A DNA stretch of 40,000 nt from NCBI GenBank assembly GCA_024710965.1, contig JANJTU010000314.1, forward strand, positions 25,222 to 65,221, written 5' to 3'. Under the pieces are notes generated by a model. It was not told the origin of the DNA. It saw only the letters and a program-made list of their open reading frames with translations, and ran no database searches. Position numbers and translations under genes: made by a program. Shown here one piece after another: positions 16,767-25,402 of the stretch (positions within the stretch are counted from its first letter, which is position 1; each line of letters begins with the position of its first letter). This DNA comes from Thauera sp. GTDB taxonomy: Bacteria; Pseudomonadota; Gammaproteobacteria; Burkholderiales; Rhodocyclaceae.

Positions 16767-17591
16767 CTAGATCGTGATCGCGTGCGCGCTGTTCGTCAGC
16801 GCCCGCGCGACGCAGAACACCGTCAGCGCGGAGGTCTTGGGGTTGGCGCGCAGCGGCTTGCCGCTCATCGTCAGCTCGAGGCGGCCGAAGGCGCCCTGGG
16901 CGTCGATGTGGTGCTGGTTCTCCTCGACGCGCGGGTCGGCCCACAGCTCGACGCGGGTCGCGTCCAGCCCCAGGCCGGCGAGCGCGACGGTGGCCGCGAC
17001 GTTGGCGTTCTTCGGGAAGCGGCGCGCGGCCTCGCGCGCCGTGCCTTCGAAGATGCGCACCGGCTCGACCACCGCGTCGAGCGCGAGCTCGGCCTCGGCC
17101 GGCGTGCCCTGCCAGGCGCGCGGCGGCTTGCGGCCGACGTAGCACACCGTCTCCAGCCCGCCGAGGCGGGCGGCGGCGAGCGCGTCGATGGCGCCGATCG
17201 CACCGGGCAGCAGCTGCGCCTGCGTGCCGCCGCGCCGCGCCGCCTCCTCCAGGCGTTCGGCGAGCCCGTCCTCGGACAGCGCGCCGACCGAGATCACGAG
17301 GCAGGGAATGCCGCGCTCGAGCGCCGGGATCACGTGCTGCCCGATCGCGGAATGGCCGGCGCACTCGACGATCAGGTCGGGGCGGCCGGCGCCGAGCTCG
17401 ACCGCCGCGGCGAGCCGCGCGCCCGGCGCAGCGCGCTCCAGCGCCGCGCGCACCGCCGCATCCTCCGGATGCGGCACCACCACCGCGTCGACCGCGATCT
17501 CCGGATTGCCGCGCACCAGCTCCAGCACCCCGGCGCCGATTGCGCCGAAGCCGATCATGGTCACGCGCTTGACCTGCTGGTGCCCGTTCAT
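16767..17591 (-). CDS. Aspartate dehydrogenase (NadX-like) family protein
   Basis: VTMIGFGAIGAGV (Rossmann GxGxxG), ECAGHSAI, LPGAIGAIDAL and C-terminal NQHHIDAQGAFGRLELTMSGKPLRANPKTSALTV match the L-aspartate dehydrogenase family as I recall it. The ATG at 17591 overlaps the upstream stop (ATGA). Confidence 0.8.
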   Translation of the reverse strand: MNGHQQVKRVTMIGFGAIGAGVLELVRGNPEIAVDAVVVPHPEDAAVRAALERAAPGARLAAAVELGAGRPDLIVECAGHSAIGQHVIPALERGIPCLVISVGALSEDGLAERLEEAARRGGTQAQLLPGAIGAIDALAAARLGGLETVCYVGRKPPRAWQGTPAEAELALDAVVEPVRIFEGTAREAARRFPKNANVAATVALAGLGLDATRVELWADPRVEENQHHIDAQGAFGRLELTMSGKPLRANPKTSALTVFCVARALTNSAHAITI

Positions 17592-19273
17592 GCCGCGCTC
17601 TCTTCGAGGTCGCTCTTCTGGCTCACCGGCGGGCCGGCGAACACGGTCTTGAAGCTGCCAATCGACAGCATGTCGATCTCGAGCAGGTAGGGCCCCTTCC
17701 TCGCCAGCGCGGCGTCGAGCGCGGCCTCGAGGCCGTCGAGCTGGCTCACCCGCGCGTGGCGCAGGCCGAGCGCCGCGGCGAGCTGGGCGTAGTCGGGCGT
17801 GTGCAGGTCCACGTAGCAGCGGCGGCCGCCATAGTAGGTGTCCTGGATGTTCTTGATGACGCCATAGCCCTTGTCGTTCATCAGCACGATCAGCAGGTCG
17901 GCCTCCTCCTGCACCGCGGCGGCGAGCTCGCCGAGGTTGAGGATGAAGCCGCCGTCGCCGGCGAGGCACAGGGTCTTGCGCCCGGAGCCGCTCACCGCGG
18001 CCGCGACCGCGGCGCCGATGCCCATCGCCAGGCCCTGGCCGATGCCGCCGCCGAGCGCATGCACGCCGGCGGTCGGCTCGAACACGCGCAGCTCGCGGTT
18101 GCCCCAGGTGCTGTTGGAGACGGTGACGTCGCGCACCCAGTTGAACTTGCGCCCGATGCGCGCCTGCAGCGTCGCCACCAGCCGGGCATAGGGACCGAGG
18201 CCGTCGACCAGGCCGCGCACGGCCTCGTCGTGGGCGCGGCGCAGCGCCACGGCATGCGCCGGATCGACCTTCATGCGGCCTTCGAGGCGGTCGGCGAGGC
18301 CTTCGAGGGCGAGCGTGGCGTCGCCCGTGACGAAGTAGTCGCTGTTGTAGCAGCGCCCTTCCGCCGAGGGGTCGGCGTCGATGCGGAACAGCGGGCGCGG
18401 CAGCTGCAGCTCGTACTTCAGCGTCTCGTTGCTGCGCAGGCGCGAGCCGACCACCAGCATCGCGTCGCACTCGCGGTAGAAGGCCTGCACCGGCGCGTGC
18501 AGGTTGTAGGCGCCGAGCGAGCGCGGGTCGTCCTCGGGGACGATGCCGCGGCCCTGGGTGCTGGTGACGACGCCGAAGCCCAGATCGAGCAGGCGCTGCA
18601 CCGCGGCACCGGCCTGGCGCGCGCCGCCGCCGAGCCACAGCAGCGGGCGGCGCGCACCGGCGAGGCGCTCGGCGAGCTGGTCGAGCGCCTCGGGCGCGGG
18701 CGCCAGGGTCTTCAGCGGCAGCGGCGCGAGGTCCTCGGGCAGAGGGATCAGCGCACTCTGGATGTCGATCGGGATCTCGACGCTGACCGGGCCGGTCGGC
18801 GCGCTCAGCGCGGTCTGCACCGCGAGCTTGAGCGTGCTGAGCGCGGTCTCGGCGCTGCGCACGCGGAACGCGGCCTTGGACACCGCCTTCAGCATCGTCA
18901 GCTGGTCGGGCGCCTCGTGGATGTAGGCGAGGTTGCGGTCGAGGTAGGGGCTCTCGATCTGGCCGGTGATGTGCAGCAGCGGCGTGCCCGCGGTGAGCGC
19001 CTCGACCATCGCGCCCGAGGCGTTGCCGGCGGCGGTGCCGGTGCTGGTGAGGCACACGCCCAGGCCGGCGGTGGTGCGCGCAGCGGCGTCGGCCATGTTG
19101 GTGGCGCCGGCCTCGCCGCGCGCCGGGACGAAGCGGATGCGGCCGCGCGCATGGAAGGCGTCGAGGATCGGCATGTTGTGGATCGAGATCACGCCGAAGG
19201 CCGTGCGCACGCCGCAGCGCTCGAGGAAGGCGGCGATGGCGGCGCCGACGGTGACGGTGTTCTTATCTTGCAT
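17588..19273 (-). CDS. Thiamine-diphosphate-dependent enzyme (acetolactate-synthase-like decarboxylase/carboligase family)
   Basis: N-terminal PYR domain (FGVISIHNMPILDAF...RGEAGATNMADAAAR) and a C-terminal ThDP-binding motif GDGGFILNLGELAAAV...VLMNDKGYG (GDG-X24-27-N). Confidence 0.9.
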   Translation of the reverse strand: MQDKNTVTVGAAIAAFLERCGVRTAFGVISIHNMPILDAFHARGRIRFVPARGEAGATNMADAAARTTAGLGVCLTSTGTAAGNASGAMVEALTAGTPLLHITGQIESPYLDRNLAYIHEAPDQLTMLKAVSKAAFRVRSAETALSTLKLAVQTALSAPTGPVSVEIPIDIQSALIPLPEDLAPLPLKTLAPAPEALDQLAERLAGARRPLLWLGGGARQAGAAVQRLLDLGFGVVTSTQGRGIVPEDDPRSLGAYNLHAPVQAFYRECDAMLVVGSRLRSNETLKYELQLPRPLFRIDADPSAEGRCYNSDYFVTGDATLALEGLADRLEGRMKVDPAHAVALRRAHDEAVRGLVDGLGPYARLVATLQARIGRKFNWVRDVTVSNSTWGNRELRVFEPTAGVHALGGGIGQGLAMGIGAAVAAAVSGSGRKTLCLAGDGGFILNLGELAAAVQEEADLLIVLMNDKGYGVIKNIQDTYYGGRRCYVDLHTPDYAQLAAALGLRHARVSQLDGLEAALDAALARKGPYLLEIDMLSIGSFKTVFAGPPVSQKSDLEESAA

Positions 19274-20066
19274 GGCGGGACAAACCTCCGGAAATATCGA
19301 TGTGGCTGCCGGTCGTGTATGACGACAGCGGCGAAGCGAGGAAGAAGACGGCGCGGGCGGCCTCTTCGGGGCGCCCCAGGCGCCCGAGTGGAATCTGCTT
19401 GGTGCGCGCGAGCTCGGCGCTCCAGTCGTCCCAGCTCTGTTCGGTGTTGGCGCGCTGCTCGTAGCGGCGGCGCCACTGGCCGGACTCGACGAGGCCGATG
19501 AGGATGCCGTTCACGCGCACGCCCTTGGGCGCGAACTCGACGGCCATCGAGCGCACCAGGTTGGCGATGCCGGCGCGCGCGGCCGAGGTCGCCACCATGT
19601 GCGGCTCGGGCTGCAGCGCGAGGAGCGAATTGACGCAGACGATCGCAGCCTCGGGGCGGCGCTCGAGCTGCGGCAGGAAGGCGCGGGTCGGGTGCAGCAC
19701 CGAGAAGAACTTCAGCTGCAGCTCCTCGGTCCAGGCCGCGTCGCTGGTGTCGGCGAAGGTCGACACGCGGCCCTGGCCGGCGTTGTTCACCAGGATCGAG
19801 GCCGGGCCGAAGGCGGCCTCGGTGCGCGCGGCGAAGTCGCGCACCGAAGCCGCGTCGAGCACATCGCAGGGCGCGGCGAGCAGGCGCGCGGCGGGAAAGC
19901 GCGCGTGCAGCTGGGCCTCGGCATGGGCGAGGCGGGCCTGGTCGCGGCCGCAGAAGGCCACCGCGGCACCGGCGGCGAGGAACTCGCCGACGCAGGCGAG
20001 GCCGATGCCGGACGAGCCGCCGGTGACGACCGCGACCGAGTGTTCGAGGTTGCACATTGCCATCAT
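19263..20066 (-). CDS. SDR-family oxidoreductase
   Basis: VTGGSSGIGLA (TGxxxGxG), NNAG and the A-x3-AG region. GAGGAGG lies just upstream of the tandem ATGs. The 3' end overlaps the ThDP gene start by 11 nt. Confidence 0.9.
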   Translation of the reverse strand: MMAMCNLEHSVAVVTGGSSGIGLACVGEFLAAGAAVAFCGRDQARLAHAEAQLHARFPAARLLAAPCDVLDAASVRDFAARTEAAFGPASILVNNAGQGRVSTFADTSDAAWTEELQLKFFSVLHPTRAFLPQLERRPEAAIVCVNSLLALQPEPHMVATSAARAGIANLVRSMAVEFAPKGVRVNGILIGLVESGQWRRRYEQRANTEQSWDDWSAELARTKQIPLGRLGRPEEAARAVFFLASPLSSYTTGSHIDISGGLSRHAR

Positions 20067-20076
20067 CGCCTCCTCG

Positions 20077-20904
20077 TCACAGCGCGATGACTTTGGCCGA
20101 GCGCGCGCGGCGCTGCGAGTAGCCGAGGGCGGACGACAGCTCGATCGCGGCGGCGCGGATGTGCGTCACCAGATTCTCGCGCAGCCCTTGCTCGATCTGG
20201 CCGAAGGGCACGGTGGCGCCGAGCGCGGCGATCACCTGACCCTCGCGGTCGCGCACCGGCGCCGCGACGGTGGAGATGCTGGGCTCGAAGAAGCCTTCGC
20301 CGACGACGCAGTCCTGGCCCTTGTCGTGCTGCAGCAGGTTGAACAGATCGATCACCGTCGCCGGCGTCTGCGCGCTGTGGCGCTCGAGGCGGTCCTCGGG
20401 ATAGAGCTCGCGCAGCTGCTCGAGGCTCATGTCCGACAGCAGGATGCGGCCGAACACGGTCGCGTGCGCCGGCAGCCGCGTGCCGACGGTGACCGAGGAG
20501 GCGATCCACGACGCCGGCGTGACCTTCGCCACATAGACGATGGAGCGGCCGTCGCGCACGACGAGGTTGCTCGCATAGCCGATCTCGTCGCGCAGGCGGC
20601 CGAGGATGGGCATGCCCAGTTCGGTCAGCTCGAGCGAGGACAGGTACTCGAAGCCCAGGCGCAGCACCGCGATGCCGAGGCGGAAGTCGCGCCCGCCCTC
20701 GGCGCGCTCGACGAAGCCGAGCTCTTCCAGCGTCGCCAGCATGCGGAACACGGTCGAGCGCGGCAGGTCCAGCCGGCGCGCGAGCTCGGGCGCCGACAGC
20801 ACCGGGTCGTGGCGGCTGAACTCGCCGAGCAGGCGCAGGCCGCGCTCGAGCGCCGGCACGGTGTACTTGTTGCCGGCGGTGTCCAGGGAATCGTCCTTAC
20901 TCAC
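20077..20904 (-). CDS. IclR-family transcriptional regulator
   Basis: GTG at 20904 with AGGAGA upstream. ALERGLRLLGEFSRHDPVLSAPELARRLDLPRSTVFRMLATLEELGFV (winged HTH), followed by an IclR effector domain. Confidence 0.9.
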   Translation of the reverse strand: MSKDDSLDTAGNKYTVPALERGLRLLGEFSRHDPVLSAPELARRLDLPRSTVFRMLATLEELGFVERAEGGRDFRLGIAVLRLGFEYLSSLELTELGMPILGRLRDEIGYASNLVVRDGRSIVYVAKVTPASWIASSVTVGTRLPAHATVFGRILLSDMSLEQLRELYPEDRLERHSAQTPATVIDLFNLLQHDKGQDCVVGEGFFEPSISTVAAPVRDREGQVIAALGATVPFGQIEQGLRENLVTHIRAAAIELSSALGYSQRRARSAKVIAL

Positions 20905-21772
20905 AGCGCTCTCCTTGCGTTTCGATGAACTCCCGCAGCGTGGCCGCGAGGAGTTGGGGGATCTCGACCGGGCTGGCGTGACCGCCGCCCGGCAACAGCA
21001 GCAGTGGCACGCCGAAGGCGGCGGCGACCGCCGCGCAGGCCGCCGGCGGCGTGACCACGTCGTCGGCGCCGCAGAAGCAGGCCACCGGCAGCGCGGCGGG
21101 CGCATGGCGGCCGATGTCGTCGGCGCACAGCAGCTCGGTGGCCTGGCGGTAGCCGTCGGCGTCCAGGTTCGCCATGTTCCAGCGCACCCAGTCGCGCGCC
21201 GCCGCGTCCGCCGCCGGCGACAGCAGCCGGCCCGCGCGCTCGGCCGCCATGCCGGCCACGCCGAGCGCAGCGAGCACCTGCAGGCGGGCGGCGCGCACCG
21301 CTTCGCGCTCGGCATCGAAGGCCGGTGCGCCGTAGCCGCGCGCCGGCGACACCAGCAGCAGCTGCGCCGCGCGGCCCTGCGGGTAGCGGGCGACGTAGGC
21401 CGCCGCCATCAGTGCGCCGAGCGAATGGCCGACCAGCACGCAGCGCGCGATGCCGAGCGCGGCGAGGAAGGCTTCGAGCGCCTCGGCGTAGTCGGTCGCG
21501 CGCGGGCGGGCCGCCGCGAGCGGGCTCGAGCCGCCGTAGCCGGGGGCGTCCCAGGCGACGATGCGGTAGTGCGCGCCCGCTTCCTGCGCCACGTCCAGCC
21601 AGGACGCCGAGGTCGAGCCGATGCCGTGCAGCAGCACCAGCGTGGTGTCGCCGCGCCCGGCGCCGCGCCAGGTCCAGCGCCGCGCCCCGGCCCTCAGTTC
21701 GCGTAGCGGGAAATGCGCGTCGAGGGCGGCGAGGCGTTGTTCGTGCGAGGTCATCTTCGGTCTCATCTCCAT
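20897..21772 (-). CDS. Alpha/beta-fold hydrolase
   Basis: LVLLHGIGSTSASW, nucleophile elbow VGHSLGA, and C-terminal GGGHASPVE (catalytic His region). The stop overlaps the iclR start by 8 nt. Confidence 0.85.
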   Translation of the reverse strand: MEMRPKMTSHEQRLAALDAHFPLRELRAGARRWTWRGAGRGDTTLVLLHGIGSTSASWLDVAQEAGAHYRIVAWDAPGYGGSSPLAAARPRATDYAEALEAFLAALGIARCVLVGHSLGALMAAAYVARYPQGRAAQLLLVSPARGYGAPAFDAEREAVRAARLQVLAALGVAGMAAERAGRLLSPAADAAARDWVRWNMANLDADGYRQATELLCADDIGRHAPAALPVACFCGADDVVTPPAACAAVAAAFGVPLLLLPGGGHASPVEIPQLLAATLREFIETQGERCE

Positions 21773-21778
21773 CGCCCC

Positions 21779-22543
21779 TCAGTGCATGACGAAGCCGCCA
21801 TTGACGGCAAGGAGCTGGCCGGTGGTGAAGCGCGACAGCTCGGACAGGCAGTAGAGCACCGCGCCGCACACGTCCTCGGGCAGTTGCTCGCGCTGCAGCG
21901 CGCGCTGCTCGACGTAGAGGCGGTGGCGCGCCTCGGGCACGTAGGCGGTCGCCTCGACCAGGGTCAGGCCGGGCGCCACCGCATTGACGGTGACGTTGCC
22001 GTCGCCGAGCTCGCGCGCCAGGCTGCGCGTCATGGCGACGATCGCGCCCTTGCTCGCGACGTAGGCGAGCAGGCGCGGCGCGCCCCACAGCGCGGTGTCG
22101 GAGGCGAGGTTCACCACCGCGCCGCGGCCGCTCGCGCGCAGCGCCGGAGCGCAGGCCACCGTCATCAGCCAGGTGCCGCGCACATTGACGTTCATGACGC
22201 GGTCCCAGGTGGCGAGGTCGAGCTCGTCGGCGGCCACGCCGCCGGAGTCGGTCACGGCGCCGTTGTTCACCAGGCCGTCGAGGCCGCCGAGGCATTCCAC
22301 CGCGGCGCGGGCGCAGGCCTCGATCGACGCCGGATCGGCGAGATCGAGCGCCAGCGCGTGCACCGCCAGCCCTTGCGCGGCGAGGCGCGCGGCCGCGGCC
22401 GTGGCGAGCTCGTGGCGCAGGTCGGCGATCACCACCGCGCCGCCTTCGCGCGCGATACGCTCGGCGAAGGCGAGCCCCAGGCCGCGTGCGCCGCCGGTGA
22501 CGAGCACGCGCTTTCCTGCCAGCAATTGAGTCATGGTCTTCAT
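21779..22543 (-). CDS. SDR-family oxidoreductase
   Basis: The ATG at 22543 lies inside the artefactual 506-aa ORF. VTGGARGLGLA, NNGA and YVASKGA (YxxxK). Confidence 0.9.
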   Translation of the reverse strand: MKTMTQLLAGKRVLVTGGARGLGLAFAERIAREGGAVVIADLRHELATAAAARLAAQGLAVHALALDLADPASIEACARAAVECLGGLDGLVNNGAVTDSGGVAADELDLATWDRVMNVNVRGTWLMTVACAPALRASGRGAVVNLASDTALWGAPRLLAYVASKGAIVAMTRSLARELGDGNVTVNAVAPGLTLVEATAYVPEARHRLYVEQRALQREQLPEDVCGAVLYCLSELSRFTTGQLLAVNGGFVMH

Positions 22544-22545
22544 CC

Positions 22546-23319
22546 TCACACCGTGGTCCGGGCTGCCTTGGGCAGGTAGTGCAGCACCTTCTTCTCGATC
22601 AGGATCACCGCCGCGTAGGCGGCAATGCCGATCACCGTGAGGCCGGTGATGGCGACGAAGACGCCGGCGGTGTTGCCCTGCCCTTCGGAGGCGACGAGCA
22701 GGAAGCCGAGGCCGAGGTTGCCGCCGACGAGCTCGCCGACGGTGACGCCGATCACCGCCAGCGTCGAGGCGATGCGCAGGCCGGAGAACAGGTTCGGCAG
22801 CGCCGAGGGGAACTCGAGCAGGGTGAAGATCTGCCAGCGCGTGGCGTTGAGCGTGCGCACCAGGTTCACCATGTCCGGATCGACGGTGCGGATCGCGGCG
22901 AGCACGTTGATCATCACCGGGAAGAACACGATCAGGATCGCGACCAGGATCTTCGGGTAGATCGTGTAGCCGAGCCACATCACGAACAGCGGCGCGAAGG
23001 CGACCTTGGGCGCGATCTGCAGGGCGAGGATGTAGGGCGACAGCACCGCCTCGGCGGTCGGCGACAGGCCGAGCGCGACGCCGACCGCGATGCCCAGCAG
23101 CGAGCCGAGCACGAAGCCGAGGAAGACCTCCACCGCGGTGATGCCGGTGTGGTGGAGGAGCTGGCTTTCGGTCCACATCCGCGCGCCTTCCGCGACGGTG
23201 CTGGTGAAGGTCGGGAAGATGTACTCGGGCAGGCCGATCCAGCCCGGCGCCCACTGCCACAGGATCAGGGTCAGGGCGAGCAGCGCGGCGCTGCCCCACA
23301 GCGTGGAAGAGTTGTTCAT
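22546..23319 (-). CDS. ABC transporter permease (NitT/TauT aliphatic-sulfonate/nitrate/taurine-type)
   Basis: About six hydrophobic segments and an EAA-like loop (TVDPDMVNLVRTLNATRWQIFTLLEFPSALPNLFSGLRIA). Confidence 0.9.
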   Translation of the reverse strand: MNNSSTLWGSAALLALTLILWQWAPGWIGLPEYIFPTFTSTVAEGARMWTESQLLHHTGITAVEVFLGFVLGSLLGIAVGVALGLSPTAEAVLSPYILALQIAPKVAFAPLFVMWLGYTIYPKILVAILIVFFPVMINVLAAIRTVDPDMVNLVRTLNATRWQIFTLLEFPSALPNLFSGLRIASTLAVIGVTVGELVGGNLGLGFLLVASEGQGNTAGVFVAITGLTVIGIAAYAAVILIEKKVLHYLPKAARTTV

Positions 23320-23338
23320 GATCTGGCGCGTCCTGCGA

Positions 23339-24331
23339 TCACTGTGCGGCTTGCACGAACTGGTTGGTGTAAAGCTCGTCGAGCGGCGTCGCGCGCGTGA
23401 CGATGCCCTCGGCGAGGTAGAAGTCCTGCACCGCCTTCAGGCGTTCGGCGTCGATCAGGCCGAGCGTCGGCTGCCCCGGATAGACATGCTTGCCATAGAG
23501 CTCGAAGGTCGCGACGAGCGCGGCTTCCTTGCCCTGGTAGGCGGGCACGGCGGCGGCGAAGGCCTTCGCGGCGGCGGCCGGGTCGTCCATGACGTCCTTC
23601 ATGCCGTGCAGCGTCGCCTGGACGAGCTTGCGCAGCAGCTCGGGCTGCTTCGCGATCGCCTCGTCCGAGGCGAGGATCGCCTGCGCCATGCTCTTGAACT
23701 GCTGCTCGGCCGGCAGCAGGTGGATGTCGCCGCCCGCCTCCCGCGCGCTGACGACCCAGTCGGGCACGCCCGCCATCGCCGCGACCTGGCCGCCGGCGAG
23801 CATCTGCCACACGCCGGCGGGGCCGGAGGCCTGCACCGCGACCTTCTGCTTGTCGAGGCCGGCGAGCTTGAGCGAGCCGAGCAGCGCGTAGTAGGTGGTG
23901 TCGGCGTAGGACATCACCGTCATCGTCTTGCCGGCGAGGTCGGCGACGTTGTTGACGCCGGAGGCCTTGGTCGCCGCGATCATCGTCAGCGAGCCGCCGC
24001 CGAGCACCGCGACCGCGCGCACCGGCACGCCATTGGCGCGGACGATGATCGGCGTGTCGCCGATCGCACCACCGACGATGGCGTTGCCCGAACCGATCTG
24101 CTTGGCGACATCGACGCCACCGCGCGCGGCGACGAAGGTCACGTTGAGGCCGGCGGCGTCGTAGTAGCCGTTCTGCTTGGCGACGATCCAGGGCGCGAAC
24201 GCGGGCAGGGTCGGCGGCGCCGGCAGCAGGTAGGTGACGTCTTCCTTGGCGAGCGCCGCGTCGGGCAGCAGCGCCATCAGGCTCGCCGCGGCGAGGGCGG
24301 CGCGGGCGAACTTGCGCAGGGGGATGCTCAT
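23339..24331 (-). CDS. Periplasmic ABC substrate-binding protein (NMT1/THI5-like, NitT/TauT family)
   Basis: Signal peptide MSIPLRKFARAALAAASLMALLPDAALA. The body resembles NMT1-like binding proteins. AGGAGA lies upstream of the ATG at 24331. Confidence 0.85.
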   Translation of the reverse strand: MSIPLRKFARAALAAASLMALLPDAALAKEDVTYLLPAPPTLPAFAPWIVAKQNGYYDAAGLNVTFVAARGGVDVAKQIGSGNAIVGGAIGDTPIIVRANGVPVRAVAVLGGGSLTMIAATKASGVNNVADLAGKTMTVMSYADTTYYALLGSLKLAGLDKQKVAVQASGPAGVWQMLAGGQVAAMAGVPDWVVSAREAGGDIHLLPAEQQFKSMAQAILASDEAIAKQPELLRKLVQATLHGMKDVMDDPAAAAKAFAAAVPAYQGKEAALVATFELYGKHVYPGQPTLGLIDAERLKAVQDFYLAEGIVTRATPLDELYTNQFVQAAQ

Positions 24332-24371
24332 GCTTGTCTCCTGTGGGGTGTCTTTATGTCTTGTCCGGCGT

Positions 24372-24426
24372 GTTCAGTGGCCGTTCAGTGGCCGTTCAGT
24401 GGCCACTCAGTGGCCACTCAGTGGCC
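24372..24426. repeat. 11-bp tandem repeat, 5 units (3x GTTCAGTGGCC, 2x ACTCAGTGGCC)
   Basis: Read directly at 24372-24382, 24383-24393, 24394-24404, 24405-24415 and 24416-24426. The last unit contains the ATPase stop codon (24418-24420) and its final Gly-His codons. Confidence 0.9.
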
Positions 24427-25296
24427 ATCGAGGCCGTCCTGGCCGACCCGCAGCAGCTCCATCAGGCGGCTCACCAGGGGGCCGACTTCGGGCAGCTTGC
24501 GGCGCTCGAGCGGGTTGTTGCGATGCGGCAGCGGCACCGTGATCTCCTCGATGATGGTGCCGGGGCGGTGGCTCATGACCAGCAGGCGGTCGGAGAGCGC
24601 GATCGCCTCGACGAGGTCGTGGGTGATGAAGAGCGCGGTCTTCTTCTGCTCGTGGAGCATCTGCGCCAGATCCTGCTGCAGCACCATCTTGGTCTGCGCG
24701 TCGAGCGCCGAGAACGGCTCGTCGAGCAGCAGCACCTGCGGGTCGGTGGCGAGCGTGCGCGCGAGCGCGGCGCGCTGGCGCATGCCACCGGAGAGCTGAT
24801 AGGGGTAGTGGTTCTCGAAGCCGGCGAGGTGGCACTTCGCGATCAGCTCGAGGGCGATCTGGCGGCGGCGCTGGCGGGCGACGCCGTCGATCTCGAGGCC
24901 GAGCTCGACGTTCTCGCGGATCGTGCGCCAGGGCATCAGCAGATCCTTCTGCAGCATGAAGGAGGTCTGCTTCACCGGCCGGGTGACGCGCTCCTTGCCG
25001 ACATAGACTTCGCCCTCGCTTGGCAGGTAGAGCCCGGCGCCCATGTTCAGCAGCGTGCTCTTGCCGCAGCCGCTGGGGCCGACGATGGAGACGACCTCGC
25101 CGCGGCGGATCTGGATGTTCAGGTGGCGCACCGCGTAGGGCGGGTTCGGCTCGCGCTTCGAGGGGAAGCGCTTGCTCACGTTGCGGAACTCGATCTGGAT
25201 TTCCTCCAGCGCTTTCTCGGCGCACGCGGGCGGCGTCGTGCCGATGGCGGCGACGCGCTTGATGGTGCTGGTACTGCGGGTTTCGGTCTCGATCAC
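24418..25296 (-). CDS. ABC transporter ATP-binding protein
   Basis: Walker A GPSGCGKST, signature LSGGMRQR, Walker B LLLDEPFSALD and H-loop FITHD. I prefer the GTG at 25296 (AGGAAA upstream) over the longer 339-aa ORF. Confidence 0.9.
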   Translation of the reverse strand: MIETETRSTSTIKRVAAIGTTPPACAEKALEEIQIEFRNVSKRFPSKREPNPPYAVRHLNIQIRRGEVVSIVGPSGCGKSTLLNMGAGLYLPSEGEVYVGKERVTRPVKQTSFMLQKDLLMPWRTIRENVELGLEIDGVARQRRRQIALELIAKCHLAGFENHYPYQLSGGMRQRAALARTLATDPQVLLLDEPFSALDAQTKMVLQQDLAQMLHEQKKTALFITHDLVEAIALSDRLLVMSHRPGTIIEEITVPLPHRNNPLERRKLPEVGPLVSRLMELLRVGQDGLDGH

Positions 25297-25402
25297 GGCT
25301 TTTCCTTGTACACGGCGGCGAGGTGGAGACGGGACGGGGCGCTGCCGCCCCACGGCTCCGACCGGCCACCGGGACGCATATGCGGCCCTGGCGAAGCAGG
25401 GG

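Noticed and set aside
10843-19055. Other fused longest ORFs in the catabolic cluster (961 aa at 10843-13728, 726 aa at 12822-15002, 831 aa at 14219-16714, 700 aa at 15262-17364, 762 aa at 16767-19055).
   Set aside because: Each contains a genuine gene only in its 3' portion. An internal ATG or GTG with a Shine-Dalgarno sequence restores normal family lengths. The 5' extensions run through the neighbouring real gene in another frame.
24372-24426. Considered whether the 11-bp tandem array is a CRISPR array.
   Set aside because: The units are directly abutting with no spacers, they are far shorter than CRISPR repeats, and no cas genes are present. It is a simple tandem repeat.
25336-25384. GC hairpin GGGGCG-CTGC-CGCCCC (25336-25351) and the 10-bp palindrome CGCATATGCG (25375-25384), between the outer-membrane gene and the ABC ATPase gene, considered as a terminator or operator.
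   Set aside because: The stem is short with no U-tract, and such GC palindromes are expected by chance in this composition. There is no support for a function beyond a possible mRNA-processing or stability element.
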